DNA of 64,000 nucleotides, taken from Macrostomum hystrix (Eukaryota; Animalia; Platyhelminthes). The stretch spans positions 1,426,001 to 1,490,000 of the forward strand of contig CATNEN010000034.1 of assembly GCA_950097015.1 (NCBI GenBank). The letters are read 5' to 3'. The position numbers and the translations under genes are program-made. Positions within the stretch are counted from its first letter, which is position 1. Each line of letters opens with the position of its first letter. The notes below the pieces were generated by a model that was not told the origin of the DNA, searched no databases, and saw only the letters and a program-made list of their open reading frames with translations. Shown here piece after piece: positions 61,460-64,000 of this stretch.

Positions 61460-62957
61460 ATGCCGATGCAGTCAATGATTTGCTGCCTCCTTGCCATGGT
61501 GCTGGCCTGTTTGACCTTGGTGGCCACCGTACCAACCGGAAGATTAGACAACACCGGGTACTTCTATATTCAATCGACCTCTCCTGAAGTGCCACTGTAC
61601 GTATACACTCCGATACCAGAATCCGCGGTGGCACCTCGAAATATTCACCTGTCATTCGGCGAGAACGAGACATCGATGGTAGTTACCTGGAGCACTAGAA
61701 ATGACACACAGTCGCAGGTGCAACTGATCAGTGTTCAGCCGCCAAACGCAACACAGCGAGTGTTCAGCGGCAGCTCTACGATATTCGTCGATGGGGGTAC
61801 AGCTCAGGCCACGCAGTTTGTACACAGAGTGACCATGCCGGACCTCGGCTGGGGCGGCTTATTCAAGTACGTTCACCAAATAGAACCCTCTAGATCGCTA
61901 GACCTTTTGTGTTATTACGCCCACAGTCAGTTTTATCGCACCGAGTTCGCAAATTAACACCAGGTACCGATGCGGCTCAGACGCAACCGGCTGGAGCGAC
62001 TGGTTCGAATTTCGAACTCCAACACGCGGCTTTTCTCCCCGACTCGCAATATTCGGCGACATGGGCATGGAGAATGCTCAGTCACTGCCGCGCCTCATGC
62101 AGGACACCAGCAACGGCATGTACGATGCCATCCTTCACGTTGGCGACTTCGCCTACGATATGCAAGAGCAGAACGGGACCACGGGCGATCAGTTTATGCA
62201 GATGATCCAGCCGATTGCAGCCCGTCTGCCTTACATGACTTGCGTTGGCAATCACGAATTTATGTACAACTTCTCGCACTACAAGAACCGCTTCACAATG
62301 CCTAAAGGTTTCGGTGGAGACGGCGAAAGTATGTTCTATTCATTCGATCTCGGCCCTGCTCACATAATTGGCATCAGTTCCGAGTTTTACTTCTACGTGG
62401 AGTACGGCGTCGACCAGTTGAAATCGCAGTACAACTGGCTGGTGGCAGATCTGGAGCGCGCCAGCAAAAACCGAGCCGCCCGGCCGTGGATCATCCTCAT
62501 GGGCCACAGGCCAATGTACTGCTCCAACGATGACGGCGACGACTGCACTTTTGGAGCGCTGTTCATGCGCGAAGGCTTCCTGGCGCATTGGTATCCGTTG
62601 GAGCCGCTGTTGCAGAAATATGGCGTCGATGTTGCCCTGTGGGCGCATGAGCACACTTACGAGAGAATGTGGCCGGTGACTCGCCTCGAAATTCGCAACG
62701 GAAGCTGGGTGGCGCCCTACACCGAGCCTCGCGGCACCGTGCACATTGTCACCGGGTCAGCCGGCTGCCGGGAGCGTCACGACACCTTCGGGTCGGCTAT
62801 GTACTATTCAGCATTCCGCAGTACCGACTATGGCTACACTCGCATGCAGATCTTTAACGCTACGCACCTTAGCCTGGAACAGGTCAGCGACGATCAACAG
62901 GGTCGTATTATTGACCGCGTCACCATTGTGCAGCACAACCATGGACCATTTCCCTAG
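61460..62957 (+). CDS. ACP7: Secreted purple acid phosphatase (ACP7/PAPL); exons 61460-61866, 61964-62957
   Basis: Signal peptide; PRNIHLSFG...MVVTWST; metal-binding motifs FGDMG, HVGDFAYD, VGNHE, MGHRP, AHEH; GSAG. The 97-bp GT-AG intron restores FK|YRCG. Confidence 0.93.
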
Positions 62958-63494
62958 GTTCCGGTTGAAAAATAGAAAAATTTTATCAGTCCATACGAGT
63001 TAGCTGACCGAGTTTAATCTCGAATTTAAAATATCCTATTCAATCTCGTATTCTATTTGAATATTTTTTCCGTTGAGTCAATTCAAGTTCCAAAGAGTTT
63101 TCATGAAATTTCAAGTCAAAACTGCATGATACAAAACCAGAGATTCACAACCTTTCTCTGTTCTATTTTCTTTTTAACAAACATTAGGTAGTCCATATCT
63201 TCTTAATCGAACTATAAATTATCGATAGAGTTGATTGTCTGACACTTCCAGCTTCTAGTATTTGATAGTTTCGTACAGTCCTATATATAGGATGAATCGC
63301 TTAATAACTGTTTAGTGATTTGCGATTTCTCTTGCTTTTAATTGATTTGGCGTACTAGTTACGCGAATAAATTCTCATCTAATTGAATCGATTTTATTGG
63401 CTAAGATTTTTTGTATTTTTCACATCATTTTCAGTTCTCAAAGTAAACCTTGTCTTGACATTGTTGGTGCCATTGAACTGTCTAAATTAATCTT

Positions 63495-63640
63495 AGTGGT
63501 TACCTTAGTGGTTAGAACCTCTTACATAAAGGTCGTAGGTTAGATTCCCCACCCCTCTGTATCAGTTTGTGTCCTTAAGGAAGACACTTCACTCTACATT
63601 GTTTTATTCATGCAGTTGCTAAATGGGTACCAGCACTAGC
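63495..63640 (+). mobile_element. tRNA/CORE-like SINE fragment
   Basis: TAGTGGTTAG...GTAGGTTAGATTCCC...TGTGTCCTTAAGGAAGACACTT...TAAATGGGTACC. Confidence 0.6.
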
Positions 63641-63669
63641 TAGTATACGGTCCGAGGTTGAGCACTGTT

Positions 63670-63865
63670 TGTCCATGGACTGGGGGAACACCACACCCAC
63701 CCTGAATTACCCCAACTGATGCTGGAACCCATTTAACAGCTGGGTGAACTGAAGCAAAGCAGAGTCAAGTGTCTTACTAAAGGACAAAAATGTTTCCAGT
63801 ACTGTTGAGAATCGAGCGCCTGACCTTCAAGTCGTTAATTCGACGCTCAAACCACTAGCTAGGCT
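63670..63865 (-). mobile_element. SINE family B copy (inverted homologue of 20085-20320)
   Basis: TCCATGGACTGGGGG...CCACACCCACCCT...ACCCATTTAACAGCTGGGTGAACTGAAG is the reverse complement of the 20215-20320 block. Confidence 0.72.
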
Positions 63866-64000
63866 ACAACCCCGCACTGCAGTGAAGTAGCTGATTGACC
63901 CAATCCAGCCAAAGTCGTCGAAATGAAATTGTCCTTGCTTGTTTGTTAAACTGCATCTACTAGATAGTGACTACTGGTGTGATTACTGAATAGCAAGCGA

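Overview
Eukaryotic (animal) genomic DNA with GT-AG introns, abundant 17-63 bp minisatellites, (CAG)n runs and tRNA-derived SINEs. The style suggests a free-living flatworm such as Macrostomum; this is inference only. Five host genes are recognisable: a divergent CRTC/TORC coactivator (+, 963-8770), PYROXD1 (+, 11904-16090), a Frizzled-5/8 receptor (+, ~25002-30664), an Egalitarian-type winged-helix/OB-fold RNA-binding-like gene (-, 54727-57077) and a purple acid phosphatase ACP7 (+, 61460-62957). The most unusual part is ~33.5-53 kb. It holds at least 7 divergent Crypton/DUF3504-like tyrosine recombinase (YR) genes or large fragments plus 2 C-terminal remnants, all on the minus strand and head-to-tail. 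They are punctuated by a recurring ACCATAGAC/GTCTATGGT motif and interleaved with fragments of four DDE transposase families (IS630/Tc1, P/THAP, piggyBac, Merlin). A young RT-RNase H retrotransposon with a perfect TSD is inserted in the block. The block also contains a loxP-like 19-7-19 palindrome, an in-frame YR-Merlin fusion and many templated-insertion scars. The same 8-mer forms a dense cluster at 21.0-21.75 kb. PYROXD1 has no genomic in-frame ATG, so it may take its Met from a spliced leader, and it has a candidate 31-Gln cassette exon. All coordinates, counts and translations were done by eye; no database searches were run.
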